A stretch of DNA of 64,000 nt. Source: the human T2T-CHM13v2.0 reference genome, Homo sapiens. A program made the translations under genes and the position numbers. Shown one piece after another: positions 1-11,363 of the stretch (position 1 is its first letter; each line of letters begins with the position of its first letter). The stretch is taken from NCBI RefSeq assembly GCF_009914755.1, contig NC_060940.1; one strand, given 5' to 3'. The notes below the pieces were generated by a model. The model ran no database searches. It was not told the origin of the DNA and saw only the letters and a list, made by a program, of their open reading frames with translations.

Positions 1-220
1 GATTTGGATTTCTCGAGAGAGAGAGAGAAGACAGGCCAGGGATGGGCATAGACAGAGGAAAGACCACATGAGCCAGAGAGAGGTGCCTGTGTGCAAGCCA
101 AGGAGAGGCCTCAGAATCAAAGCAACGCTGCTGACACCTTGATCTCAGACTTCTAGCCTCCAGAACTGCAAGAAAATAAATTTCTGTATTTTCTTATGGC
201 AACTGGCACTAACTAATATA
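1..220 (+). mobile_element. MLT1 (MLT1B-like) MaLR LTR, 3' part
   Basis: gacaccttgatctcagacttctagcctccagaactg..aataaatttctg and terminal ctaatata match the MLT1 LTR 3' end. Confidence 0.7.
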
Positions 221-228
221 ATCGCAAT

Positions 229-316
229 TGCCACATGTAACTAGCAACTACCATATTAGACAGCCCAGATAGAGAATAGTCCCATCATTGTAAGAAGTTC
301 TATTGGACAGTGCTGT
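229..316 (+). mobile_element. MER3-like hAT-Charlie fragment
   Basis: gccacatg..ctaccatattagacagc..agttctattggacagtgctg resembles the MER3 end. Confidence 0.6.
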
Positions 317-632
317 TTGCTGTTCTAGGGCTAATGGTAGCTGACATAAAGAGAAAATGTAATGTGTAGCCCGCAACTCAGTCTCCTATACGATAACTCT
401 TGTGAGTTACTGGTGGCCATGTTGTTCAATTCTTCAACATCTTGGCTTTGCATTCAGTTAGAGCTAAAACAGCCCAGCTAAGGAACTGGGAATCTGTAGC
501 TCTTTGCTACTGCTTGTTGTAAGAATTTTCCGTCTGTATCTAAAAAGAGCCCCCTGCCTCTGCTTGAAAGTTGTAGTGGTGACACTGCCCTCGTAGCACA
601 TAATACTTTACCTTAATGCTAAGAATAACCCC

Positions 633-634
<2 letters not shown>

Positions 635-670
<36 letters not shown>
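635..670. repeat. (AC)18 microsatellite
   Basis: perfect AC run. Confidence 0.95.
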
Positions 671-672
<2 letters not shown>

Positions 673-929
673 GTGTAACTGCACCTAAGTCTCTAAACCA
701 TGAAAATCATGCATACCAGGAGCTGTTGGTTCCTTTACTATATTTCCATGTGGCACCCAGAAGTAACCAGCAGACAGTTCCCATCCACACTGCCTTCCTC
801 CTCTCCTCAGCTGAGGCAGTGTGTTCAGCCAGGGAAGAAGGTAGGTCTGAAGTTCTGGGAATGACTGTCAATTAATAAGGGTCAGGACATAGAGATAAAC
901 ATCTTTCTTGTCTCTCAACAGCCCCATTC

Positions 930-1474
<545 letters not shown>

Positions 1475-1703
1475 CCATAGCATCCTTGCCAACCTCTCCC
1501 GCAATCTTGGCATACACAAAGGACAGAAACTAGAACCATGACACGCCAGTGTTTAATGTCTTCTCACACCTCTTAGACCTGAAGACTTGAGGGTGGTCTC
1601 CTTTGTCACAGGTTCTATTAGGTCCCATGAGGCTCTATGGGGTCCCTCTTCTCAAGGAAGAAGAATCTAGACTTGCTTCCATGTGTAATCTACAGGCTGC
1701 CTC

Positions 1704-1836
1704 AGTAACCGTCTCTACCAGTTAAGTTAGTGTAAAAAATATGTACAGCTAACTAGACTAAATAATATTCAGAATAACTTCAAGTTTGATCATATCAAAC
1801 CAAATGGGATTAACTCTACTAAGAATGGTATGGAAG
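1704..1836 (+). repeat. Copy 1 of local ~130-bp direct repeat
   Basis: hand alignment to 3903-4031 gives about 84% identity. Confidence 0.85.
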
Positions 1837-2175
1837 CCCTTTCAAGACAATCAGACAAACATGGTCATTTCTGCAGACAAACTGGGCAGATCAATATCCA
1901 TGCACAGAAGGCTGACTCTTCTACATGGTTAACAGAGAAGACTACCATAGAACAGGTTGCTACTTTTCTGACTCTCCACAATCAATGTGTTGAAAAATTT
2001 GATGGAATCTTACTTGGTGACAAATGCAAAGGACAGAATATGGAAATGAGAATAAGAGATAACTTTGCTTGCACTGTATCAGACAGTGGCACTCATCCAT
2101 GGTTTTTTTATGGCTCAAATTCTGTTACAACAAAATCACTCAATGATCAACCCTTGAATAACACCCTCCCCTCGC

Positions 2176-2248
2176 AAAAAAAAAAAAAAAAAAAGAAAGA
2201 AAGAGAGAGAGAAAGAAAGAAAAGAAAAGAAAAGACAAGAAAGAAAGA
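2176..2248. repeat. poly(A)/(AAAG)n purine tract
   Basis: A run followed by AAAG/AG/AAAAG units. Confidence 0.9.
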
Positions 2249-2809
2249 ATCCTGTATCTCTGTGGACAGTTCACCTGTGTCATATACAAATCCAGTGCAT
2301 TGTACATAAGGAATCAGACCATTCCTTTGAAGAGGTTTGGCTCGTGGAAGCTGAGGAGAGCGGGCAAGTACCCGGAGACATCTAAATTCCATATGGTTCC
2401 CGTCTATCTTGGAGAGTTGGCATCAGGCTTCTAATTGTACTCTTCCCAAGAGGCCCACTCATGTGCGACTGAAAAGAACTTAAGCCTCGTTTATGCTAAT
2501 GAAGTCCTTTATTGGTCCAACAGGACGGAAAGAACTTGAAAGCGTGATATTTCCGGCCATTTTTTCAAACAAAGAGAGCAAGTGCCAGTATGGAGCTGGG
2601 GAACAACATCCATGGCCACCATTTTTGTCTCAAGAGTGCAAGTAAGACAAGGGAATTCTAAGGAATAAGAACTTCCAGCTCTACGCAGCCTCACAGGAGA
2701 CCCTGGGCTCTCTCCGTAGGTGTTGCTGTGGTCCTGTCCAGGGCTTAGCGGAACATTCCATGTCTTCGAGAGGAAAGACAGCCGAGGAGGAAGAGTGAAG
2801 ACTTGAAAA

Positions 2810-3530
2810 TCAATGATGTCAGTCTATCTTCATATGTCAAACTAATTTGAAAGGGCTTTAATTTTCTTAAAGGATAAAAAAAGGTTTCTTTGCTAGATTA
2901 AACTTGCGATTGTCATTCATATATTGTTTATAAGGTAGTCATCTCTGCGCTCTGTATTTTTTTGTTTTTGATTTTGTATACTAGTTAGCAGTGAAGACTT
3001 GTCTGCGTGTATCAGAAGGAATAAAGAGAGAAACGTCCTTAACTGTCAGTTTTAATAAGAGGAGTCAACATGCCTCTATTCAGGTTAAATATTGTCCTGT
3101 CACATTTCAATAGAGTCAACAGATTTTTTTAAAAGAAAAGTCAAAAGCACTGTGTATGCAAAAAACCCACCCTGTCATAGAATGTCAAAGCCCTTCTTTA
3201 TCTGGGGGAGGGGCGTGGAGGTAGGACAGAAAAATCTTTTGTAAAATGTGAAAAATTACTGCTCAATTGGCGCTGACATAAAAAGGGTGTTTTTTTTTTT
3301 GTTAGAAAAACAAAGAAAATCTCTAATTTAATAATCACCTGCAAAGTGTTATTGTGATCGGAACAAAAAACACACAATCAAAGTCATCTTTTTAAAGTAA
3401 CTATAGTGTTTTTTAAGCAATCACTGCACTTTATAGCAGCTCACACACATAAACCAATGATGTTCGGGGTGAAAAAAACCCATTCTGAACTCCTTAAGAA
3501 AAGTTTCTGAAATAAGAAGTGACAGGCTAC
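2810..3530. promoter_or_regulatory. Candidate enhancer with TGTCA/TGACA (TALE homeodomain) motif cluster
   Basis: nine TGTCA/TGACA sites in about 710 bp of non-repeat DNA; function inferred only. Confidence 0.4.
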
Positions 3531-3902
3531 AATAAGAAAATGCAAATGGGACATTATGTTCAAAATAAAACCAAACAAGATTTTTTTTAACCCAAAACAT
3601 TTCAGTAAGCAGGCATCATTTAGGCTTAAATTGCAAGAGAAGAGGCTTTCTTCATAGAAGGACTGAGGTGTTAAAGACACACGTTTTGGAAGGATAGACT
3701 GGAAAGAGCTCAGCATATTCTGAATGGATAACAATTTGTAAAATGGACCAGCAGAATAAAGTCACTTTTTTGTTGCAAGTACCTGCTGATTTGTTAAAAA
3801 TATGAACCCTACTTGGGGATTTCAGGCTTTGGCATGTTTTTATTTGTAGCAAACGCTATAATTTTGAAATTACTCTAACTCTGAATGAAACTCATTCCAT
3901 TT

Positions 3903-4031
3903 AGTAAGCATCTCTACCAATTAAGCCAGTGTAAAAAAGAGTACAGTTTTCTAGACTATGTAATATTCAGAATAACCTCAAGTTTGATATCAAACCAAAT
4001 GGGATTATCTCTCCCAAGAATGGGAAGGAAG
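3903..4031 (+). repeat. Copy 2 of local ~130-bp direct repeat
   Basis: aligns to 1704-1836; contains perfect palindrome gtttgatatcaaac. Confidence 0.85.
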
Positions 4032-4249
4032 GTTGACTCCGAATTTCAACACTTACTATTAACACCCAGGCTTTGTTACTGAGAAAAGAATACTCCAAAG
4101 AGGGCTACTTTCTGAAGGTTTCACCAAAGGCCTAATGATCCATGGAATTATCTGCTGGCCAACAGAGAAGGATCAGAGTTCAGCAAATCTGCTTTGGGTT
4201 CTTTAAATAAACAGTGAAATACAAACAGAAAAGAAATATTGCCTTTGAG

Positions 4250-6850
4250 TAGGGTGGCCATATGTCTGGATTTGCCCAGGACAATTCCAGATCACTCCTG
4301 CTATTCTGGTGTTTCATATGTTTTAGGATTTGTCCTGGATTTCTCTCTTACTAATGAAGTATTATTAGTCATAGTTACATTTTAAAAATCCAGAATGGAT
4401 CTAATAGACCTGTACTTTGTGCTTCTAGCTTCTGCTATGGTATTTGTCTAGTTATGGATGACAGAATTCACAGTTAAATCTGAAAAATGACCAGTGTTAG
4501 CCTGTATCTCTTTTCTAGACCCTTTCTAAGGGCAACTTATGCCTCTCTTTAAAGGACAACTGTTCTCCTAAAGGACAGTTTGTGGGGCACTCACTGATAA
4601 AATATGCATTTCGGAAAAGCTAGCTCCAGTGGTCTATGGTGGTGGTGAGAGAAGTATTTGCCTTTGCTGGTTTCTTGTGTCATGATCCATGCCTATAAGC
4701 TGCATTAAGGCGGTGGGTTCAGCAGGAGAAGTGGAAAATTACAGCAGTCCTGTCATGTATCATATAGAAAGAAGTCTGTATACTCTCGCTGTTGGGTTTT
4801 GTCCTTTAGTGTATGGTGAAGATCTACAGCAGTTTATTTATTTTAATGTTAGGTGATGCTTTTTTACTGTGTAATAAATTATTTAGGCAGCAATCAGCTC
4901 AAAGCCACAAAAATAAGCATTGAAATAAAATTTTAAGTTCTGAATTTCTATTTCTCAAGAAAGTTAATAAGAGCATGGAACTTGTACAAAGTGTGTGTTG
5001 GCATTTACTATCCACCATGGAGAAATCGTAATGATATCACTGACTATAGGAAAAGCAAAAGACATAAATCTGCTGAAGAAGTATTATCTTCTACTAAAAA
5101 ATTTAACAGTTATTCTTAGAAGACATACCAAAAACATGATGATTTAACTCATAAAGCTGCAGAGGTGCAAATGCATATCACTCTATCAGCCATGACTTTT
5201 CATTTAGATCAAATGACTGGTTTTTCTCAATTAATTTTACTCATTTTAGGTTTCAGTAAAAACAGATGTTAAAATTTATATTTTTATATACCCCCAAATT
5301 ACACTAATTGAAGTACAAACAATTTGTGACTAAGCTGATATAAAATTAATTTTTGAAAAAAGACTTCAATATAGCTCTATGAATTTTCTTTCTTTGTTCA
5401 TCATTAACTTTTTCCTGTCGTTGGGGATTAGATATAGAACTGTGTTGACTACTTTAAAGTCAACCTAAGTGTTGTATAATATTAATTTTGTCAATAAATG
5501 AGTCCTCTAAATTTTAGTTGCGTTTTGTTCAACATTAGTCAGAAAGCTTTAATTAAGTCCTCAACAAATGAATACTAAAAAACTACAGCTGAAGAATTCA
5601 GTGAAGGGCAATTATTTGAAAAATTTGTATACAAGAACACATTAAAATACATCCCCCAAAAAGCAAGAAGGATATTTAAACATATTAGTGATGAGAGTTC
5701 AAATAATGTACAAAATTTTGTTTTGAAATTCTTTAACTATGCCTGGTAACAGTGGTCCCCAATTTTTTGGCACCAGAGACTGGTTTCATGGAAGACAATT
5801 TTTCCATGGATTGGGAGGTGGGGGAAGGTTTCGGTATGAAACTATTCCACCTCAGATCATCAGGCATTAGATTCTCATAACGAGCATGCAACCTAGATCC
5901 CTCACATGCTCAATTCACAATAGTGTTTGTGCTCCTACTAGAATCTAATAGCACTGCTGATCTGACAGGAGGTGGAGCTCAGGTGGTAATGCTGGCTGGC
6001 TTCACCCGCCCTCCCACTTCCTGCTGTGCAGCCCAGTTCCTAATAGGCCATGGACTATCACCAGTCCATGGCCCAGGGTTAGGGGATGGACTTTTGGAAT
6101 ATCTCAAATTGCCAAAGAATATTCTGATGGAGCTACTCTTTAAAAATTATATAAATCCATATTTTTACTAGAATAAACTGAAATTGAGAAAGCCTATGAT
6201 TTTGTAGCATCTTAATTTGGTAAAATATTCAAAAGAATTATGAAGAGATGGATAATTTTCTGAGTTTTATCTCATAAATTTTGTATCACAAAGAGTTTCC
6301 CTGAATGACAGCAATAAGATAGTATCTGTAAAAATATTTTGGCTGAAATATTTACATAGTACAATATAAAAAAACAGAATTGATGATATATTCCATTTAT
6401 AGAATTATCTCTGAGTTTACTTGATATGCTAGAATTTGTAGAGAAAATAATTTCCCACTTAAAAGTATGATGGCTTACAAAGATTCATCAATTAAATGTG
6501 TCCACAATTTCAACCAAAATATGAAACTATGAAAAACGTAGAAAATTTTATGAAATATTAAAAATAACAAATTTGAAAAAATGCTTTCTAAAGAATACTA
6601 GTGATGCTTTATGTGAAACATGCTAAGAAACTTATTACAGTATGTGAATATGTACAAAGAATAATTTATTCTGTGCATGTTATCTTTAAACATCTACATA
6701 GTAATATAAAAAAAGTTGCTCTTAGTTTGCTGCAATACACACTGATATGTATTATTTTATTTTCCAGGAGGAATGATATTTTCAAAAATAATTTTTAGTA
6801 GAACCATTTATAAAACTACCAATACAACAGACAACTTGAAGAATATATAC
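4250..6850 (+). mobile_element. hAT-Blackjack DNA transposon fossil with degenerate transposase
   Basis: left TIR tagggtggccatatgt; broken frames give CTKC..FTIHHG..NDI....SKRH (from 4983), AYHSISHDFSFRSND (~5175) and a dimerization-domain-like ELSLSL..FVEKIIS..*W..QLNVSTI (~6400-6510). Confidence 0.7.
5750..6092 (+). mobile_element. MER1B nested in the Blackjack fossil
   Basis: cagtggtccccaa..tttggcaccagagactggtttcatggaagacaatttttcca..cagatcatcaggcattagattctcataa. Confidence 0.85.
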
Positions 6851-6859
6851 AGATTTTAT

Positions 6860-7325
6860 TTTTTTAAATGGTGATAAAAGACACATCAAATTAACTATTT
6901 TAACCACGTTAGGTATACAGTTCAGAAGCATTAAGCACATCGGCATGGTTGTGCAGCCATCACCACCACCCATGCACAAAACTTGTTTCATCTTGCAAAA
7001 CTGAAACTGTGTACCCATTAAACAAGAAATCCCCACAGCTGAAAGTATTTGGAATGAAATCTTGTGAAGGTGAGTCAGAGACCTGAGTCATAGGGTTATG
7101 AGTCAACTATAAGGTTTGATGATAAAACCTAACTTTATGTTTCTTGTTGGTTAAACTAAAAATCTCCAACGGAAATCCAATAAAGCAAGTTCCATGTGTG
7201 CTTCTAAAAAAAAAAAAAAAAAAAAGAACTCCCCATTCTCCCCTCTCCCCAGTCCTTGGTAACCGCCATCATACTTTGTATGAATATGACTACTCTAGGT
7301 ATCTCAAATAAGTGGAATCATACGG
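6860..7325 (-). mobile_element. L1MB-type 3' end fragment, interrupted at 7036-7225
   Basis: gttgtgcagccatcaccacc..tcatcttgcaaaactgaaactgtgtacccattaaac / actccccattctcccc..ataagtggaatcatac. Confidence 0.75.
7036..7225 (+). pseudogene. Short processed retro-insertion of unknown source (retrocopy 3' end or orphan 3' transduction)
   Basis: AATAAA 7179-7184, A20 at 7206-7225, TSD aagaaatcccca (7024-7035) / aagaactcccca (7224-7235); it splits a contiguous L1MB sequence. Confidence 0.75.
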
Positions 7326-7599
7326 TTACAATAAAACAACTTTTAATAAATAAATGTCAAACACAGCCCTCTCTCACTCTCAGAAATAACCTGGTTTGCA
7401 ACACAAATGTATATGCGATCACTGTACATTTGAGAACACCACTATCACCAAACAATGACATCTTGCTATTCAGCAAAAAGTAAGGTTCCTGAAAAGGCGC
7501 CTTTCTCCCAAGTGTGATGTTTCTGTTACATGCATGCCTCCCCATAGACATTCCCTTTTGAGCTATCTCATCTCATGGCTTTGTACAGTTCCACCTTAA

Positions 7600-8257
7600 C
7601 TAAGCAGGAGCTGTTTCCCATCATCCCCTTCTCTGTAGGGTTTTGAATTAGTGTTGCCCATAGGTGACATTCTGTGCAAGATTTGGAAGGCAAAATGAAG
7701 CACCAGCCATTCCGTTTTTTTGTTTGTTTGTTTGTTTGTTTGTTTGTTTTTTTAATGCTCTGAAGGTTGGTGCACCTGGTTGAGCAACAGACATGGTGAC
7801 AGCTCATACATGTTATTGGGGATCTCCTAGCTCCCCCAGGGTACTAAGCACTGGACTCACAGCTCTTCCTGCTAGATCTACTCCTTCAGCTTCTCAGTCC
7901 TGGGCCAGATGCACACACAGCTCCTTGAGGCAGCATGCCATCTTTTCTTTCAGGTCACCATGACATTGAGGTCAGAAATGGTCAGAGACAGATGGGGATT
8001 CTAGTTTGTGCCCACAGATTCAGTGATCCCTGTGGGTTTCTAGTTCATCGTCACCCTTGTACATTTTCAGCATTTCTCTCCAACTGCTGATCTGACTCAC
8101 CAATGGCTACTTTAGTTTCAAAACTAGATGCAGGGGCAGCAGCCTGCATGGACCAAACTTCCAGCTCCCACAATCATGGAAGGTCTACTCTCTGCAACAA
8201 ATCCGTTATTCTAACCACTCATGATGGTTCTGCTTCTCTGCTCAAACCTTGAAACAT
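7600..8257 (+). mobile_element. MLT2-like ERVL LTR
   Basis: ccagctcccacaatcatg..tggttctgcttctctg..aaccttga 3' end. Confidence 0.5.
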
Positions 8258-8871
8258 CATCCTCATTCCTCAAATGCAGGTGGTTCCTGAGTTTGATTTT
8301 ATAAGCCACCTGCCACATACAAACACTGAATTTCATAGCCACTTTGATGTTTATGAAATTGCTTTCAAATGATATCTGGCAAACAGAAATAAAAGGGACT
8401 GAAGAAAATACAGAGAGGGAAATCAGAAAAATGCCCTGCTTTTCTCTTTCGGAAAAGAAACTTCATTCCTCAGTGGAGAGTACAGACCAAAGGAAAGAGT
8501 CTCTGGCTCCCTTGCAAGGATCACATCAGATGTCAATTCATTTTTCTCCATTCATTCACCCGATTTCACCTATGCACAGTTTATCAGCCACTCCATTCAT
8601 TTAGGGATGCATTCTGGCACAATGGGAAGACAGTTGGCCATCTTTAGCAGGCACCAACCCAAACAGGGGTATTGTTAGAGGTCTTGAAGAATAATGCAAG
8701 TTGGGAATTTCAAGAGATCACTGTGTGTATCAACATATGCTTTATTCATGGTCAATGCTGTCAGATTCCCAAAGCACAGAGGATATGGAGAAGTGTGGGC
8801 AGGTGCATTGGCTGGGTTTGCAGCCAGCTATATTCAGGTCTCTTTCTGTGGTTTTCTGTGACTCCATTCTT

Positions 8872-9173
8872 TTTCTTTCTTTTTTTTTAAGACAGGGTCT
8901 CACTCTATCACTCAAGCTGGAGTGCAGGGGCAGCATCACAGTACATTGTAGCCTCAGTCTCTTGGGCTCAAGGGATCCTCCCACTTCAACTTCCGAAGTA
9001 GCTGGGATTACAGGCACATGCTACCACACCCAGTTATTTTCTTTTTAATTTATTGTAGAGACAGGGTCTTGCTGTGTTGCCCAGGCTGGTCTTGAACTCC
9101 TGGGCTCGAGCAATCTTCCTGCTTTGGCCTCTCAAAATGCTGGAATTACAGGCATGAGCCACTGCACTCAGCC
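8872..9173 (-). mobile_element. AluJ
   Basis: J-type diagnostics; 15-bp TSD tgtgactccattctt (8857-8871 / 9174-9188). Confidence 0.95.
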
Positions 9174-9539
9174 TGTGACTCCATTCTTGATAACAAATAT
9201 GTTTGACAAACCCAAAACAGAACAAGGAAAAACAAATTTAACCTGCTCTCCAAGCTGTGTCTTGTTTTGATCATCCTTTGTGGGATGAAGACAGCATAAC
9301 CATCTCAGTTGCTCTGAAGTTTCTGAGAAAATGCCCGGATATTTTACCATCATGAAGAGTAATATCAACACCATGTATAACGATTAACAATTAAAAATCT
9401 TTCCCTAGAAGATGAATTCCATACAAAAGCTGTGCTATTCAAAGCTTCAAAGCAAGGGTCTGTGAAGGCCCCATCTACCTGCCCCATTTTAGTCATTTCA
9501 ATTTACTTCGGGAAAAAGGAAAAAAAAAAAATCCCACAA

Positions 9540-9935
9540 AGCTGACATTATATAGTAAAGTTTCAGGGATACGGGAGCTATTTAATCATTTTGTGTGTTA
9601 GCCTGGCTTTTCTGCAGTCTCTTTTTCCTGTGGTTTTGTTCTTTGGCTGCTCATTAGCACCTCCCCCAGAGAGTGGGCAGGAGAAGGGAAAAAGAGATAA
9701 AACTCAAATCAGACAATTTTATCAGTCAGGCTGTCAACAAGTTGAATATATTGAGAACCCAGGGGGTGTAGAGGTACTTTTTAGCAGCTCTGATAAAAGG
9801 TTTGGTGGGGGAGGAGGTCAAAACTAATGGCAACGTTGAGATTTTGGGGGATTATCATGGGATTTTATTGATTTATGCCCTCCACATCTCCATTAGTGCA
9901 GCTAATCAAAAGTGGGGCAAAAATAATTAAGCATC
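9540..9935. promoter_or_regulatory. Candidate enhancer (GATA x4, MEIS, PBX-HOX motifs)
   Basis: WGATAA/TTATCA at 9695, 9719, 9791, 9852; CTGTCA 9731; TGATTTAT 9869. Confidence 0.3.
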
Positions 9936-10599
9936 TATGGAACTTTCTTAAAGAAGACACTCTTTTGAATCAGGCACTTTTATCCCTGTAAGTTTGGGGA
10001 CCTGTTGGGCAGTTCAAATGGAAAACAAGTAAGTTAATTTCCTTTGCTTTGTCTAGATGCTGTGAATGGCACTGTAAGGAAAAATAAAACCCTTGCAGCA
10101 GGCTCTCTAGCTCCCAACAACCTTGTGCTTTCAGCCTGACTTCAGCTTAGAGAGGGGCAGGAGCCATGAAGAGGACACATCTAAGCAAAGCAAGCAGCAA
10201 GATCACTGCGACTAAAATGAGCTGAAGCCTGACACTGAAGGATCATGTTTGCCACAGACATAGCCAAATTAACACATGCACTGTGCACATTAACATGGCT
10301 TTCCATTAGACCTTGCTGTCTGCACAGAGACATGAAATTCTTCATTAAGTCGTGAGGCCACTCAACACATTGTGTTTGCTAGTTCTAAGGCTGAATGATG
10401 AAGGAATGATTGGGTCTGCCCTTTCTTTCTCAAAGACTAGGATATTCTTTTATGCTAGAGTTCCACGGTATAAGAAAAGGGGACGTTTCATGGTGGAAGA
10501 GTACCAGACATAATGTAGAACTCTCGTGAAGGTTGCTCAAAGACACCATTGTTTTGTTGGTTCTGATGCTCTGGGGAATTCACACGGCTCCAGTCTTTG

Positions 10600-11055
10600 G
10601 CCAGTTTGCACTCAAATTCATTCCTGCCCCCTTCTCTACAGGCTGTTTCCCGGGCTTCCATGTCAGCTGGATTCCTGCTGAGGAGGCACCCGTGGAAGAT
10701 TACAAGATGGAAGAAAGGGAGAAATCAGGGTATTTCTCCCCCTTCCTCTGATGTACTTCCAGAAGCTTCCTTTCGTCTATAACCTCTTCTCCTCTGTGAG
10801 TCCAACTCCCACCAGACCAGACTGTGGTGGTTCTAATCCATAACCCCTAGGCACCAGCAATGCCATCTCCTTCCTCTGTCCCTCGGACAAGGAGCGGTCG
10901 AGGCTTCCTGCTGTTGCAAATCTTTGCCTGGCCTCACTATTCTCCCTTTTGCTCAGCCTCTCCAATGCCTAGACAACTAAATCTCTGCATTGCACTTGCT
11001 CCCTTCCAAACACCAAAGCAGTTTCTGCTTTCCTGACTAGGCTCTGACAGATACA
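10600..11055 (+). mobile_element. LTR33-like ERVL LTR
   Basis: gaaagggagaaatcagggtatttctccc..tttctgctttcctgactaggctctgacagataca. Confidence 0.6.
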
Positions 11056-11147
11056 CAGGAGTTGTGCATTTTACAGATAATTTTCTGTCTGGACTGTTGA
11101 CTCAGTGGTTGGAATCCACTCTTCCATGATCTCATCTTTTGTTAGAA

Positions 11148-11363
11148 CAGGGTTTCTCAATTGCTGCATGATTGGCATTTTGAGCTGGTTATTCTTTGTC
11201 GTGGGGACTGTCCTGTGCATTACGAGTTATTTAGCAGCATCCCTTACCTCTCTCAGTAGATGCCAACAGCAACCCCCACCCCAGTTATAACAGTCAAAAA
11301 TGTCCCCAGATGTTGCAAAAGTCCCCTGGCAGGGAAATGTCTCCCCAAATTGAGAACTGATGC
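11148..11363 (+). mobile_element. MER20
   Basis: cagggtttctcaa..gggactgtcctgtgcatt..tttagcagcatccc..aaaaatgtccccagatgttgc..ttgagaactgatg. Confidence 0.8.

Noticed and set aside
1660-2250. Idea that 1670-2175 is a retrocopy with the A/AG tract as its tail
   Set aside because: The only TSD candidate (aagaatc) is low-complexity and there is no canonical AATAAA before the tract.
1830-2309. 159-aa ORF, the longest in the track
   Set aside because: Its length comes from reading through the A/AAAG tract (poly-K/E/R); no recognisable domain.
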